A stretch of 63,312 nucleotides of DNA, the filler included, from Neolecta irregularis DAH-3 (lineage: Eukaryota), in the NCBI GenBank assembly GCA_001929475.1. It is 5 parts of 5 records of this genome, joined end to end, with 100 filler letters (N's around TTAATTAATTAA, not from the genome) between each part and the next. Parts side by side here need not be neighbours in the genome. Positions count along the whole stretch, not along the records: positions 1 to 15,025 come from LXFE01004132.1; positions 15,126 to 19,879 come from LXFE01004147.1; positions 19,980 to 25,665 come from LXFE01000577.1; positions 25,766 to 52,096 come from LXFE01004155.1; 1 more part is not named here. The stretch is one strand, 5' to 3'. Of the stretch, positions 13,524 through 25,916 are shown piece by piece. Numbering within the stretch: the stretch's first letter is position 1; every line of letters starts with the position of its first letter. Below the pieces are notes generated by a model. That model had not been told where the DNA came from. It saw nothing but the letters and a program-made list of their open reading frames with translations, and searched no databases. The position numbers and the translations under genes were made by a program.

Positions 13524-14621
13524 TCATTCACTCTGCTCCAATGATATATCTTCCACGTCATTAAACCTTTTCCACTCTTCAGGAAAAGGAAACTTCTTTT
13601 TCGGTTTATAATGCCTCGTATCCAACGGCAGATCTTCAAACAAATCATCATGTTCCTACATTTTTTAAAACAAAGAAAAAGAAAAATCATACCTTTGCTT
13701 CTGCGATCAATTTATTTACGAGATCAGTTAGATATTTTTTATTTTGCAGGATAGTAGGAAATGCCTGACAGCTTAATTTTAATGTTTGATTTTGAGGGTT
13801 GAAGCGCGGGCCGGCTAATAAAGCCATTTTATGTTTTTCTTTTGGGGAGAGGACGAGATCGTCTATGGCTAGTTGTAGGACTACTTTTGAAGCAGCGGGG
13901 TGTGATTCACCGAAATAGGTTGTATAGCGGAACTGGAGGATTTGAGGATGTAAAGGGAGGGTGAATTGTTTTGCGTATTCTTTTGTTAGGAGATAGAATA
14001 AAGGGAAGTACGGGAGAGTTGAGGGAGAGAATAAGCTGCTTTCCTGTAGTAGTCTCTGATGAGTCTGTGGACGCTTAGCTGTGAATGTGCCATTGAATTG
14101 AGGGCGTCTTTTGTGGGGACAAAGTCTAGCGAAGGATCGAAGGGGGCGCCTCTCAAGGGCATTCCGTCGTGCTCTAGCTGGAGATTGCTGCCAGCTGCAA
14201 AATTGTCTGCGAGGCGCAGGTATTTTTCAAATGAGTAGTTTGGGTCCGGGGCTGCGTCCGAGTCTTCATCCGCGTCCGCATCAGCCTCTGACTCGTTCTC
14301 TGGCAAGGGGTCCTGAGGAGCGTCACGGCCAAACGAGTCTAGGCCCTCTTCGTCATTGTCGTCAGTGTCGATGTCTGAGCGTAGCTGCTGGAGCATGAGG
14401 GCGCGGAGTTTTGGTATTTTGTAGCGGTCGAGATCGAGGCTGATGTGCCTGCCGAGATGGCTGTGGTGGGAGATTGCATCGGCAAAGTCGTCAAAGGACT
14501 GCAGAGGAACCGTGTCTGGGAGGGGATCGAGGACAGAAGAAAGGGCGGGCGGGGGCGTTTGCGGGGGCCGGGCAGAGAAGCGGCGGCAGCGAATGCACCG
14601 GGAGAGCATCGGGCGCGGCAT
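13524..14621 (-). CDS. RSM24: Mitochondrial ribosomal protein Rsm24/mS35
   Basis: RDYYRKAAYSLPQL...LQFRYTTYFGESHPAASKVVL...LAGPRFNP...DLPLDTRH...FPEEW; Arg-rich presequence; 2 introns. Confidence 0.9.
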
Positions 14622-14777
14622 TGGAGGGCGGATTCGGTCTCCAGGCTTCCGCTAGACTATCCGTAGCCACCCTATCGCCCTAACCTTGCTTGTCCGCGCT
14701 GCGCCGTTTGCTCCAACCCACTCGTCTCTGGTGTTCACTCGCTCTCACTGATACTCGCCCTCACCACCTGTTCTATC

Positions 14778-14876
14778 TCACTCGGCCACTTCCATTACTC
14801 GGGACTTCCATCACTCGGCACTTCTATCACTCGGCCACTTCCATCACTCGGGACTTCTATCACTCGGCCACTTTCA
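14778..14876. repeat. 16-17 bp tandem repeat, about 6 copies
   Basis: tcactcgg(cc/g/c)acttc(c/t)a units upstream of RSM24, just before a 10-N gap. Confidence 0.85.
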
Positions 14877-14910
14877 CACTTCCATCTCACCCGCGTTCGA
14901 NNNNNNNNNN

Positions 14911-15025
<115 letters not shown>

Positions 15026-15125
15026 NNNNNNNNNNNNNNNNNNNNNNNNNNNNNNNNNNNNNNNNNNNNTTAATTAATTAANNNNNNNNNNNNNNNNNNN
15101 NNNNNNNNNNNNNNNNNNNNNNNNN
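15026..15125. other. Artificial contig linker N-TTAATTAATTAA-N
   Basis: Six-frame stop linker between N runs; the same linker occurs near 19924, 25710 and 52141. Confidence 0.97.
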
Positions 15126-15822
15126 CCCAAGACAGCCACTGTATTATGAGGCTTTTTCGAGTTCAATCTACAGAGGAGATAGTTTGCCGAGATCCATTCA
15201 TGAACAGCTACCATTAGCAGTGGCTGATAGGAAATTATGCACCTTTATCTTCGCCAGAGAGGATTCCAACGCCATCCTTGGTTATCGGAAAGGGATACTC
15301 ATTCTTCAGTCGTTTTCGGATTGCGTCGAGAATGGCCTCACCTGCTTCTTCATTGTGTGACTTGAGACCAATATTCGCTTTAACTAGAATTGATGTGCTG
15401 TCCTGAAGTTCCTTGGGAACTTTTTCCATGGCAAATTCAAGTAGCGGGTCAAGACTTTTCGCAGCTTCTATAGGGTTGGTAATGTAATATGGAAGACCGG
15501 GCTTGAGCTCAGCCCAGTCCTCATCTTCGAGTCTGGACATCCCATTACAGATCTTGAACGTGTAAACATGAATTCGAGATTGACTGTGTCCAGCGTCGAT
15601 TATCAGGACGTATTCAAGGGCCTTGGTATCCGTGGGGGTCAAAGACAGCGTTGTATTGTCCTCGGAGCATTTATCGAGGCCCCAACATGGAAATGATTTT
15701 GTAGAGGAAGCTGCCTCTGCATCTGCAAATCAGCTGGTTAATCTGTTTGAAAGAATACAAGTGAGAGCCGCAGTGACCAGAATAGATATGAAAAAGGCAT
15801 TCTCGGCAAACTTGAGACGCAT
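15126..15822 (-). CDS. Divergent GDA1/CD39 (NTPDase) paralogue with signal peptide, truncated by a gap
   Basis: MRLKFAENAFFISILVTAALTYAEA...IIDAGHSQSRIHVY...KANIGLK...LSGEDK/AVHEWISANYLL; same intron position after ACR3 as GDA1. Confidence 0.85.
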
Positions 15823-17073
15823 TTTGCTAGACTCAATTGAAGGAGCAAGTACGGTCAGGAATATATAGGTGGGCCGGAAACTATCCCCTCAATGGCCCTT
15901 TTTCATTCTATAATGTTCGGACCGAGAGCGGTCCAATAACACGAATTGAGATGTCACTGGATTATTTATTAAAAGATGTCAAGTTACAGACAGCCAATCA
16001 ATGGATAACATGCTGGGTTGATGACTTTTGCAGATTTAGTAGTTGATCTTCGGGTATACTGGATATTTCAGGATCAGTCTACGATACCATACAGGGTTTT
16101 TATTTTCTAGTGGGACTTAGCGAAAAATAAAGGTTTTGGTGTGAGTTGAGGATGATACCTTTTGGCGAACAATCAGGGTAAAGAATTGCAAGAAAGTTTT
16201 GACTCGAGATGTAGAGAGAAGGAACTCCATACCTTTTATATTTATTGGCGGAACACATGTCGCGAGAAAGGAGAAAAGAATGAGAAAAAGGAGGTATCTA
16301 AACTAGGTACCTCGAGTAAACCAATCGTATTCCCAGTTCGAGAACTATAGATCGTTGAATACTATTCAAAGTCCTAGTTTTTGTCGGTTACTATTGGGAG
16401 CGCGTGGTTTAGAATGAGCACGTGTTCGTTAATCTCAACGCAGAGGTACGCAGGAAAACCAGTCATGGAGGTGGAAATGATCGGGATATAGAGAGGGAGG
16501 GATGAGGAAGAAAGAGATATTGACGAGATTTTCGTAGCAAGTAGAGTGAAGTTGACTCGGGAGAGCTGAAGAGCAGTATCGCTTTTGTGCTTGGTTGGCC
16601 CAAGATTCAACCTCAAACTCAGTTGTATAGAGTGTCATACAGATATTGTATTTGATATAGATACGTGACTGTTGGGAATGATTATTGTGGTGTTGCTTGC
16701 CCAAGATATTGCGGTTAGCTAACCCTTCGAAACATGAAGATGCAGGGAACAACAAAAGGAAGGCAAATGAACGGCGATCAGCGAAGGGAGGCTAAAAATA
16801 ACAGGGAAGGGTCTGTCAAATCATCAAACAGCGCACTCTTTTTGTCAATGTTATAAGCGTGAAAGACGTGTGAGAACCAGAAGTACCTATCGAATGCAGG
16901 ATAATGATGATCCCGATTATGTTTTTATCCGATAATAGTAATGGTGGCTAGCTAGGAACTAAGTATTACCATAACGCAATGATAGCTGCGCCAGCTATAT
17001 GTATTATGCGATCTAATCGAACATTAGAGCTGACAAAGAATAGATGCAAGTCTATGCAAAACACATGAATAAA

Positions 17074-18791
17074 TTAAGAAAGTTCCTTCACTTTGCAGTC
17101 CTGGTTCTCAAGTAAAGGAAGTGAAGCACCGAGACACCAGCCTAGTTCATTCCCTTTCAGCTTTTTTGCAATCTTGACTTCTCGGTCCAAAGGCATATCA
17201 TATCCTACTCCTAAGAGAACCGAGATGAAGTTGAGATCCAGACACCATTCAGGCCGTTCTGTTAATTCCACAATTGCTCCCTGGATCGCTTCAAAGGGCG
17301 ACCATCCAACATCCCCAGTGCAGACGTTGGCGGTGAGAGAGCGAAGTTCGTCAAGAGTAAACGACGATGGCATTCCAAGCGGTGCTGTTCGATCATAGAA
17401 ATAACTAAAGATATAAACATCTTCCCTGGCAAATGTCTTGTCTAGAGATGGTTGGTGAGCCCCATTGAATGAGCATGGAAGAAGAGGGCAATGAGCTTCT
17501 TTGTTGAGAATGTTTTCTGCAAAATATCGACATTGAGAAGCGGAAGGAGTAGAGGGTCCTGTCATTCCCAGTTTTAGGGTTTCTCCATCCAGTTCGACAT
17601 CAATAAGACGACTCATGCCGGGAGGTATACATGGGTTGATGATGGGTTGTGACTTCCAGTTGTCTGACTTTGCAGAATCTTTAGCATTCTTAGCAACAGC
17701 ACGATGGATCAACTTGCGCGCTTCCATAAGGCCATAACCAAGATGAGAATGTTGATAAAGAGTAAAAGACCTTCCGCCAAATGTGAGAATATATTTGTGA
17801 TCTCCCGGTGCTAATTCCTCCGGCTTCCCGCCTTCTGGTGCCGGTCCAAATGTTGGTTCGAAGACAATCTGAGTAGAACCTCCTCCAAGATCGAGAATAG
17901 CAGCAGTAGGACCAGTCTTGGATGGGCCAATATTTCCAAGGAGATAATTTGCTGTAATCCAGGCATAGACCCCTGAAATATCATTTAATATTCTTGCACT
18001 GATCAAGCACACCTTCATCCTTTCCATCCATAATGGATACCCCATTATCACTGACAACAGGAAATGGGAAATTCTGTCGAAGACGAGTTTCGACAGCTTC
18101 AAGAATAGCTTTACTAGGACCTTCTCCTAGTAATCGAAGACCAGCTGTTGCTTTGACTGCAACTGGAGTGCAAGCGTATAGGTCATTTGGTACATTCTTC
18201 ATCCCAACTTGCAAAAGAGAATCGAGACTCTTTGCTGCACCCTCTGGATCCGTACCATATGATGATAATCCTGGTTTCGTTTGTTCGAATACTTCAGACT
18301 CCAGTTCGGGTGATATATCGCAATTATTGAATTTATAGACATGTACACGCGAGCCTGTTGAGCCGGCATCGATCATTAAGACGAATTGAACAATCGGCTT
18401 ACGAACATCTGCTGATTTATTGCATTTTGTAGTATGCAGCTGATGGCTGCTGGGATATGAAGGAGGAGTTGAAATAGGTGTCCATGGATTCGTTTCTTTT
18501 ACTACTTTAAGTGAATGAAACAAATAGAACCGGCTTACTGAGAGGACCAGAGGGCGAATATGACTCGGGAAGAAAGAACCAAGCTACTACGAGAAGTCCT
18601 GCGAAAACCGAAACTATCCTGAATATCCTAGCCCTTGTGATTGGAGATGACATGTCAGAATAGCGACGAGGTTTTTCGTAAGGGTCGTAATAAGCACTGT
18701 TCAGGTTTGATCTAGATGGAGGTTTCCGGGAAAAAAAAGAGTAGAATCTGGTTCTTTGTCTAAACAAAGCTGATTCAGGAGAAAAGGACAT
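17074..18791 (-). CDS. GDA1: Golgi guanosine diphosphatase (GDA1/CD39 family)
   Basis: N-terminal TM segment, [44 protein letters not shown]; 2 introns; start codon uncertain (18791 or 18653). Confidence 0.95.
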
Positions 18792-18927
18792 TGACAACCC
18801 TCAATTTAGTGGTTGGTTTCTGGTTTCCGGAATGGACTGAGGTCTTCACGTTCGCCTTATTCGATTTAATCTTCCACCCGCACTAAACAAGGAGTTTAAG
18901 GATTAAAAAAAGGAAATTATCGAGGAG

Positions 18928-19879
18928 ATGGTGGAGGTCCAGTTGTACGTCTATGATCTGTCTCAAGGAATTGCACGAAATATGTCTGTTGCATTGACCG
19001 GATCGCACTTTGATGCAATATACCACACATCAGTCGTTCTATTCGGCACAGAATATTACTTTGGCAATGGAATCCAGCAAACGTCTCCTCCAGGCTCGAC
19101 TCACCATGGTAATCCTATTGAAATCATCAAGATGGGCGAAACCCAGATTGACCAAGGGGTATGCATTTGGTGCGTCCGTAGGCTCAAAGACATCTAGACA
19201 TTCCAAGAATATCTAGAATCATTACAGACCATATATACCCCAGAGTCGTATGACCTTTTATCGAAAAATTGCAATAATTTCAGCGATGACGTACCACCAT
19301 TTTTGAGTCCCGTTTTGGTTGACAACCTAGGTTTGCCAGTTCCTTGTAGATAAAAAGATTCCTAGTCATATCACGAATCTACCTTCGGACTTTCTCAAAA
19401 CACCGTTTGGCCAAATGATTGCTCCTCAGCTGGGTCCAATGTTTCGTCCAATCACTCAGGCTGCCAGTGTTCCTCCGCCAACCTCTCGACCCTCAAAAAT
19501 GGTTCAGATCGTAAGAGATGTATCAGATCTGGGTCGACATATAGCGAATGCACCTTATGGTTGTTCCGTTCTATTCTTTACATCCGCATCTTGTCCGCCA
19601 TGTCGCGCTATCCAACCAACTTTTGAACGTCTTGCAAGCGAGCTCGGTAATTCATGTGCTTTTCTCAAGATAAGCGTAGACCAAGCTCAGGATTGCGGTC
19701 GAAAATACAATATTCGAGCTACCCCAACATTTATATCTCTATTGAAAGGAGCTATAGTATGTTAAATTGGAAACGCTGTCTAACCCAAGGTTGATACCTG
19801 GGCTGGCGGAGTTCCTAGCACCCTCGAATCTAATGTGAAAATGCTTATTGATATGAGTCGTCCTGGTAAATCTCGTATT
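18928..19879 (+). CDS. PPPDE/DeSI peptidase fused to a thioredoxin domain, truncated by a gap
   Basis: VQLYVYDLS...YHTSVV...NCNNFS catalytic His/Cys; SASCPPC thioredoxin motif. Confidence 0.9.
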
Positions 19880-19979
19880 NNNNNNNNNNNNNNNNNNNNN
19901 NNNNNNNNNNNNNNNNNNNNNNNTTAATTAATTAANNNNNNNNNNNNNNNNNNNNNNNNNNNNNNNNNNNNNNNNNNNN

Positions 19980-20512
19980 CAGGGAATTCTCAAAGACGGT
20001 ACCAAAGACATCTCCCCCAGTGACATGATCGCCAATTTGAAGCTCGCCGGGAGTGAATTCCCATTGTTTCTTTCGATCCAAAGCATTGGTGGCTATTCCG
20101 CGGGGTATATAGATACTAGATGAAAGCTCCTGGATAGACCGCAATGGTCTCTGGATTCCATCGTAAATGTTCTCCATCAACCCCGGACCAAGCTCAACCG
20201 AAAGGGGTTTCCCAGTTCGCAGAACTGGATCTCCAACGGTGATACCAGCTGATGAGTTTCAGCTTTATTCCACAAGGCCAGTATAGTACCTGTCTCCTCG
20301 TAAACCTGAATGGTTGCCTTATCTGCTTCAATCCGAATCACTTCCCCAACCAGCTTGTCATGCCCCACTCGAACCTACCCGTTCAGCCATTGAAAAAGAC
20401 ATAAACTTACAAGTTCGTACATCATGCATCCAATCATATTCTCCGCAACAACAACAGGACCTGAAACTGAGAAGACATATCCGTAGTCGGTCTCGTGAAT
20501 TTCCTGACCCAT
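19980..20512 (-). CDS. VMA1: V-ATPase catalytic subunit A, 5' part (cut by a gap)
   Basis: [17 protein letters not shown]...[18 protein letters not shown]...QVYEET...[21 protein letters not shown]. Confidence 0.96.
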
Positions 20513-20746
20513 CTAGAAGCAATGGATGTTGGATTTGGAGTTGAAACTCGGAGGTTTAACAACGATATACTCCACCATCTACCAATCCCGGTCTCTTGGT
20601 TCTTTCTCGTACGTCGCCTTCAGGTTTGTCTTGTCTCTTATATTGTGAGAGTTTCTGCTACGACCGTGGCTGCTGAACGACCGAGAAAGCGTCAACGGCT
20701 TTCGTCCGCTGCCGTCTCAATTCCTCGGACGTCTCCCATTTCCAAT

Positions 20747-22681
20747 ATGAGATCACCCGACGAGAATGGCGAGAATGGTCATCAGAATGGGCTCGTTACG
20801 CTTCAGAATGGTCAGACGGATATTTCCCATAGTCCTCTATGCACTTCCTATAACGGCTATGATCGAGAGCAAGTCTCGAGACTGCTTGTCCAGGCCCTGC
20901 ACGATCTCGGCTACGAGTGAGTGAATAGAGTTTAAGCAGGGTTCCAATGACGTTTTTATAGAAAAGCGGCATCTTCGTTGGAAGAGGAATCAGGCTTCAC
21001 CGTCGAGTCAAATCATATTTCTCAGTTCCGTCACGCTATACTTGATGGTCAATGGACTGAAGCCGAGAGTCTTACTTCCTCGTTAGATTTGAGACATGAT
21101 ATTCGTCGCGAAGTATTGTTATCTTACCAACCTAATGCCTAACTTTTACCAGAATCTCCTCTTCTTAATACGGAAACAGAAATTCTTTGAGCTTCTTGAA
21201 ATGAACGAGGTTCAAAAAGCTTTAAAAGTCTTACGGAATGAACTATCGCATCTAGATCAAGATCCCGAAGAATTGCATCATCTTTCAAGGTAAGCCGCCA
21301 CATTATTTAGCTAATGTTGTAGTCTACTGATGACGGCTTCTGTGGAAGATTTGAAAGAGGAGTCTGGCTGGGACGGTGCTGCCGGCCAGTCTCGTAAGAC
21401 TCTGTTGGCTCGACTTCAAGGTATGATGATTTTGGAAAGGTGCTTATTGTTTGATCATATATCGCCAGTTGCAATGATCCCTAGAGCTCGTCTCGCGTCG
21501 CTGCTTGATCAAGCACAGTGTTATCAAATCTCAAAATGTTTATATCACACTTCTACGGACCCTACCTCATTATTTTATGATCATAATTGCTCGAAATCCG
21601 AATTCCCTCGTACTACAATTAAAATCCTTGAAGCCCATACGGATGAAGTCTGGTTCGTCAAGTTCTCCCATAATGGCAGATATCTTGCTTCAGCTTCCAA
21701 AGATGCAACCGTTATCATCTGGAATTTGGAGGTAGCATTTCCAAAATCCACTCTGTTAACAAATCAGACATTCGAATCACTGCATCGACTTGTAGATCAT
21801 TGCAAGGCTGTAACATGTGTAGACTGGTCTCCAAACGATGCACAACTTTTAACATGTGGTCAAGACTTTCTCATCCGTCTCTGGGACGTCGCGGTAAATT
21901 TCCATCACTCTTAAAAATGATCTAACCCTCAAGATTGGTCGATGTATCCGGATATTTGAGCATCATCAAGATTCAGTTAGTTGTTGTGCATGGCTGCCTT
22001 CAGGCAATGCATTCGCCTCAGCCAGCATGGACCAAGATATAGTTCTTTGGAGACTGGATGGTGCCATAACATACAAATGGAGCGGATTCCGAATATACGA
22101 CCTCACGATCAGCAATGATGGCGAATATCTTGTTTCTATTTGTACGGAGAAAAAACTCCATGTCTATCATGTCCCATCACAACAATTTATATCAGACGCC
22201 CAGTTACAAGGGGAACCCACTTGCGTTACCTTTGCGGAAGACTCCCAGCATGTTCTCATAAATACATCTGCAAAGGTACTCCATAATATTATTGTCAAAT
22301 TCAAATTTTCAAGGAAGTACAGATGTGGTATATCCCGGAACCGCGGTTGGTTAGGAAATTTGTGGGACAAGATCAAGGCAAGTATGTGATACGCTCTTGT
22401 TTCGGAGGACCGAATCAAAATCTTATACTAAGTGGAAGCGAAGGTAGTCTTGTCATTGGCCTAAGAGGAGCTTATGTTAAGACGCACATGTTTACATCTG
22501 GCATCGCGAGCTGGGGACATTGATCGAGCGGCTTGCAGGTCATACTGGTACAGTCAACTGTGTGGCTTGGAATAGTACCAGTGTGAATGGCATGTTTGCA
22601 TCGGCAGGGGACGACCAACTCATACGCATGTAAAGAGTATCATATCAAAAGGAGCTGACAGAAAGTTGGTCGCACGGATAA
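20747..22681 (+). CDS. WDR26/Gid7-like LisH-CTLH-WD40 protein
   Basis: REQVSRLLVQALHDLGY, FRHAILDGQW, IPRARLASLL, HTDEVWFVKFS, YVIRSCFGG; about 9 introns; start may lie further upstream. Confidence 0.9.
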
Positions 22682-22745
22682 GGCTACATAGGACATATAA
22701 CTGCAATGACATAATGTTGCATGGTTTAACTCATCTACGGTTTGT

Positions 22746-25383
22746 TTAACGACCCTTGTATTCATCAACAAATTTGTCAATCTTAGAGTTCTGCCACGTC
22801 CAACGGACATTGTAAAGAAAGGGACGAAGATCAAAGCGGTTGTCATCAGGACTGTATGCTTCCGCATGATACGCTGGGGTTATTGTCGTCATTTTGTGAC
22901 GATTGACAGCGTAGTAATAGAAGAATCTTTTGACTTTTATTGCAATCTACCTTAGCGCCACAGGGACTTGAAAGAAGCATACCTCGAAGGGAGAGAGCCG
23001 ACCAGACCATTCATGTAACAACCTATTGAACATACTATATGGCCCGCACTTGTCCACTTTACGAAGTCGTCCAAATATGGATAATTCTTCATACGTCATA
23101 CCCATGTCAACCTGAGGGTCAAATAATGGCAAAGATATCCCATACCTCGTCAGACTGCACGTGATCATGTGTTATTGGTTCTAGTTCCGCTGTTGGTGTT
23201 GCAGTCAAAATTTCCTGCAGGATCGGAAGTCCAAAGGTCGTTTCGGAATATGCGATAAACCGTTTCAAGTCATTCTTCGAAATACCTCCGATGGGATTCA
23301 CATCAGCGCTAGAACAATCATATTTTGTCAAATATCCACGGATGCTAGTCTCTTAGAAATCTTTTCAAGGTATGGAGGACACCATTCATCAACATTGGCA
23401 CTTCCTAACACTAAGAGTGAACCCTGAAACCCTCGGACCCAAGGCAAAAGTTGAGCAAAGAAATATGCAAGGACCATTCGCAATCGAGCCTTTAACGATC
23501 AGGGACTTGCATTAATCAATGGCTGACTTGAATATTCTGTAGTGCAAAGTTTTCTGCAGGAGTACCTCCGTGTACTCCAAAGATCGGCGTCTTTCCTGTG
23601 ACAATCGAAAACAGATTAGTGACTGCGGAGACAAGATCGTCCATATTTAAATCAATGTGATAAGCTCCAATGCTTTGGGCCAGCACCTTGGCACGCTGTC
23701 GGGTTTCCTTACTTGAATTTTGAGTACCCATGAAACTTGTATGGAATATTCGACTTTAAATTAGCATAGTGTTGAGTGAAATAACTCATATACCGCGAAA
23801 CTTCCTGTGGACTTTTAGGAAGCCAGTCATGAGCGGATGTGTGTCCGGTGACTCGCCGGATGTCCTTGATTACAGTTTCATCTAAAACTAAGCTGCCGAA
23901 TTTAGACGTGCGCACTCTCATCCTGACATGCCTTGACAACGAGTTGAGACATAGAATGTACCAGGACCGCCGTTGAACAACTATCAATTCCGCCACTCAA
24001 TGGCAAAAAGTATCCGCTAGCTCCCGATCTGCGTAAATAATCCCATAGCCAGCAGGCTGGTCCAAATCTAGCAATAAGCAAGGGCAAATTAACAAGTCAC
24101 ACACGCAATCTCCTCTTCCGGTAGATGATATCTCACAGTGATTTCTTTAGTTGGTTCAATTCGCGCATCCCATTGACAACCTTCTATAGACAAGGGCTTG
24201 GGGGCTTCAATTCGAAGATAAGAGGGTGATTGAGTGGCTTGTATATTACGAGAAGAGGAAGTCCGATGGCTTCTCACAACTTCAAGGTCAACCGTCGCAG
24301 TTACTACTTCCTAGATCCAGGTAAGTGTATCTGATTACAAAGAAAATTCAACGTACGACTTCGTTGAGCGAAAACTGAGATCCTTGTGCAATAATCTTGC
24401 CATTAAGCGCGATCATAGCGCACCCGTCATAATACAGTCGGTCTCCGTCACAACCTTGCTGATTTGCATAGAGGTATATACCACCGGTCTTGAAATAAGC
24501 GGTTGGTCGTTAACTGAGAATACTTTATATGTTGCCTCTTGTATCAGTTCTACCCGTCGATGCAGCTTCCGAAGCTCGTGATGACTACCGCTCGAATTTG
24601 TAAATAGCTCAACGCCATTGAGACCCATTGCAATGTGGGGACTAGGCCGTCAGTAACCATTACGGCATTCAAGTACCTATTTGGCGTGAAAAGCTCTTCA
24701 CATGTTTCAGCACCAAAGCAGGAGTCTGGTGTGGATATCACCGCATCCCCAAAAGGTACACTTGTCTAAGATAAGTCCAGGACTGCGAAATAAAAACCCC
24801 TCACTTGACCGGTTAAATCTGATATAATTCTCGGCAGATGGAGAGTTTCGACATGCCTGGGACGACCCCATGGCGTAAAATAGCGCTGTTCACGATAATT
24901 TCCATCATTTGCAAGCGAGAGCTTCGGTCGGATGAGTATTATTTTACTATCAAGAATAATGACACGGCAATTATATTTGACATTTCGATGCACAACCGGC
25001 CTTGAATTAGAGTGTTTCTTCAGGGAGGTATACATTCCAATATCCAAATAAATGTTATCAGTATCGGGCGATTTCAAGATGGTTGCCAAGACTTCCCATG
25101 AATGCAGATAGGTATCATCTATAATATTCAGTAAATTTATAACTTTAAAGAGTCAACTTTCTAAAAAATGATCAAAGCATCCATACCCACTATGAGATTG
25201 TGAGCAGTTGCAGATGTCAAATTATTTTTCGTCTCACGTTATCTCAAGCTCAGGACCAACTCGAAGCGACGCACCCCGGGCTTTTGCAATCCTGATGCTT
25301 TCCAGGATTCTACCCAAGTTGCCATCAAAATCCATAGCCCATTGATTGAGTGAACATGTTGCTACAGTCGCAAGAAGACTCAT
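22746..25383 (-). CDS. QNS1: Glutamine-dependent NAD+ synthetase
   Basis: GPELEI / RPKL / ETCEEL nitrilase triad, [34 protein letters not shown]; about 13 introns. Confidence 0.97.
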
Positions 25384-25916
25384 AGTCTGGTTGGTGGGAA
25401 AAGCCCGGTTGATGGCGACATGCGCAAAAACAGGCCTTATCACCTGATATTAGTTAGTAACCCACGACCGTTCAGAGCGCCAACATATGACCACTCTCTG
25501 CCTCGAGACTTAACTTGCTATTCAATATCAACAATTTTGTGCACCAATTCCTGCTCTAATTCCCTTACTTTACCCCTGTAGTTCATCAGTATTCTCTCTC
25601 AAAAAGGATTTGCCCATACTTGAAATCCTCGACTTCCTTCCAACATTCCAATGGCCTGTGATCATNNNNNNNNNNNNNNNNNNNNNNNNNNNNNNNNNNN
25701 NNNNNNNNNTTAATTAATTAANNNNNNNNNNNNNNNNNNNNNNNNNNNNNNNNNNNNNNNNNNNNATGTGGACTAGATATTTATTTTCAAGTATTAGTTC
25801 AGTAAACCCACTAGGTCTTTATACAAAAGGATTTATTGTGCGGTTATCCAAAGCTGCACTAACGCCTCACTGTTGTTCGTGTCATCACAACTGATTAGTT
25901 GACAATATCTATTCGT

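Noticed and set aside
15070-15081. Repeated TTAATTAATTAA palindrome (also near 19924, 25710 and 52141)
   Set aside because: Always embedded in N runs; an artificial six-frame-stop contig linker
19980-20512. Possible VMA1 intein
   Set aside because: The insertion site lies beyond the gap, so it cannot be assessed
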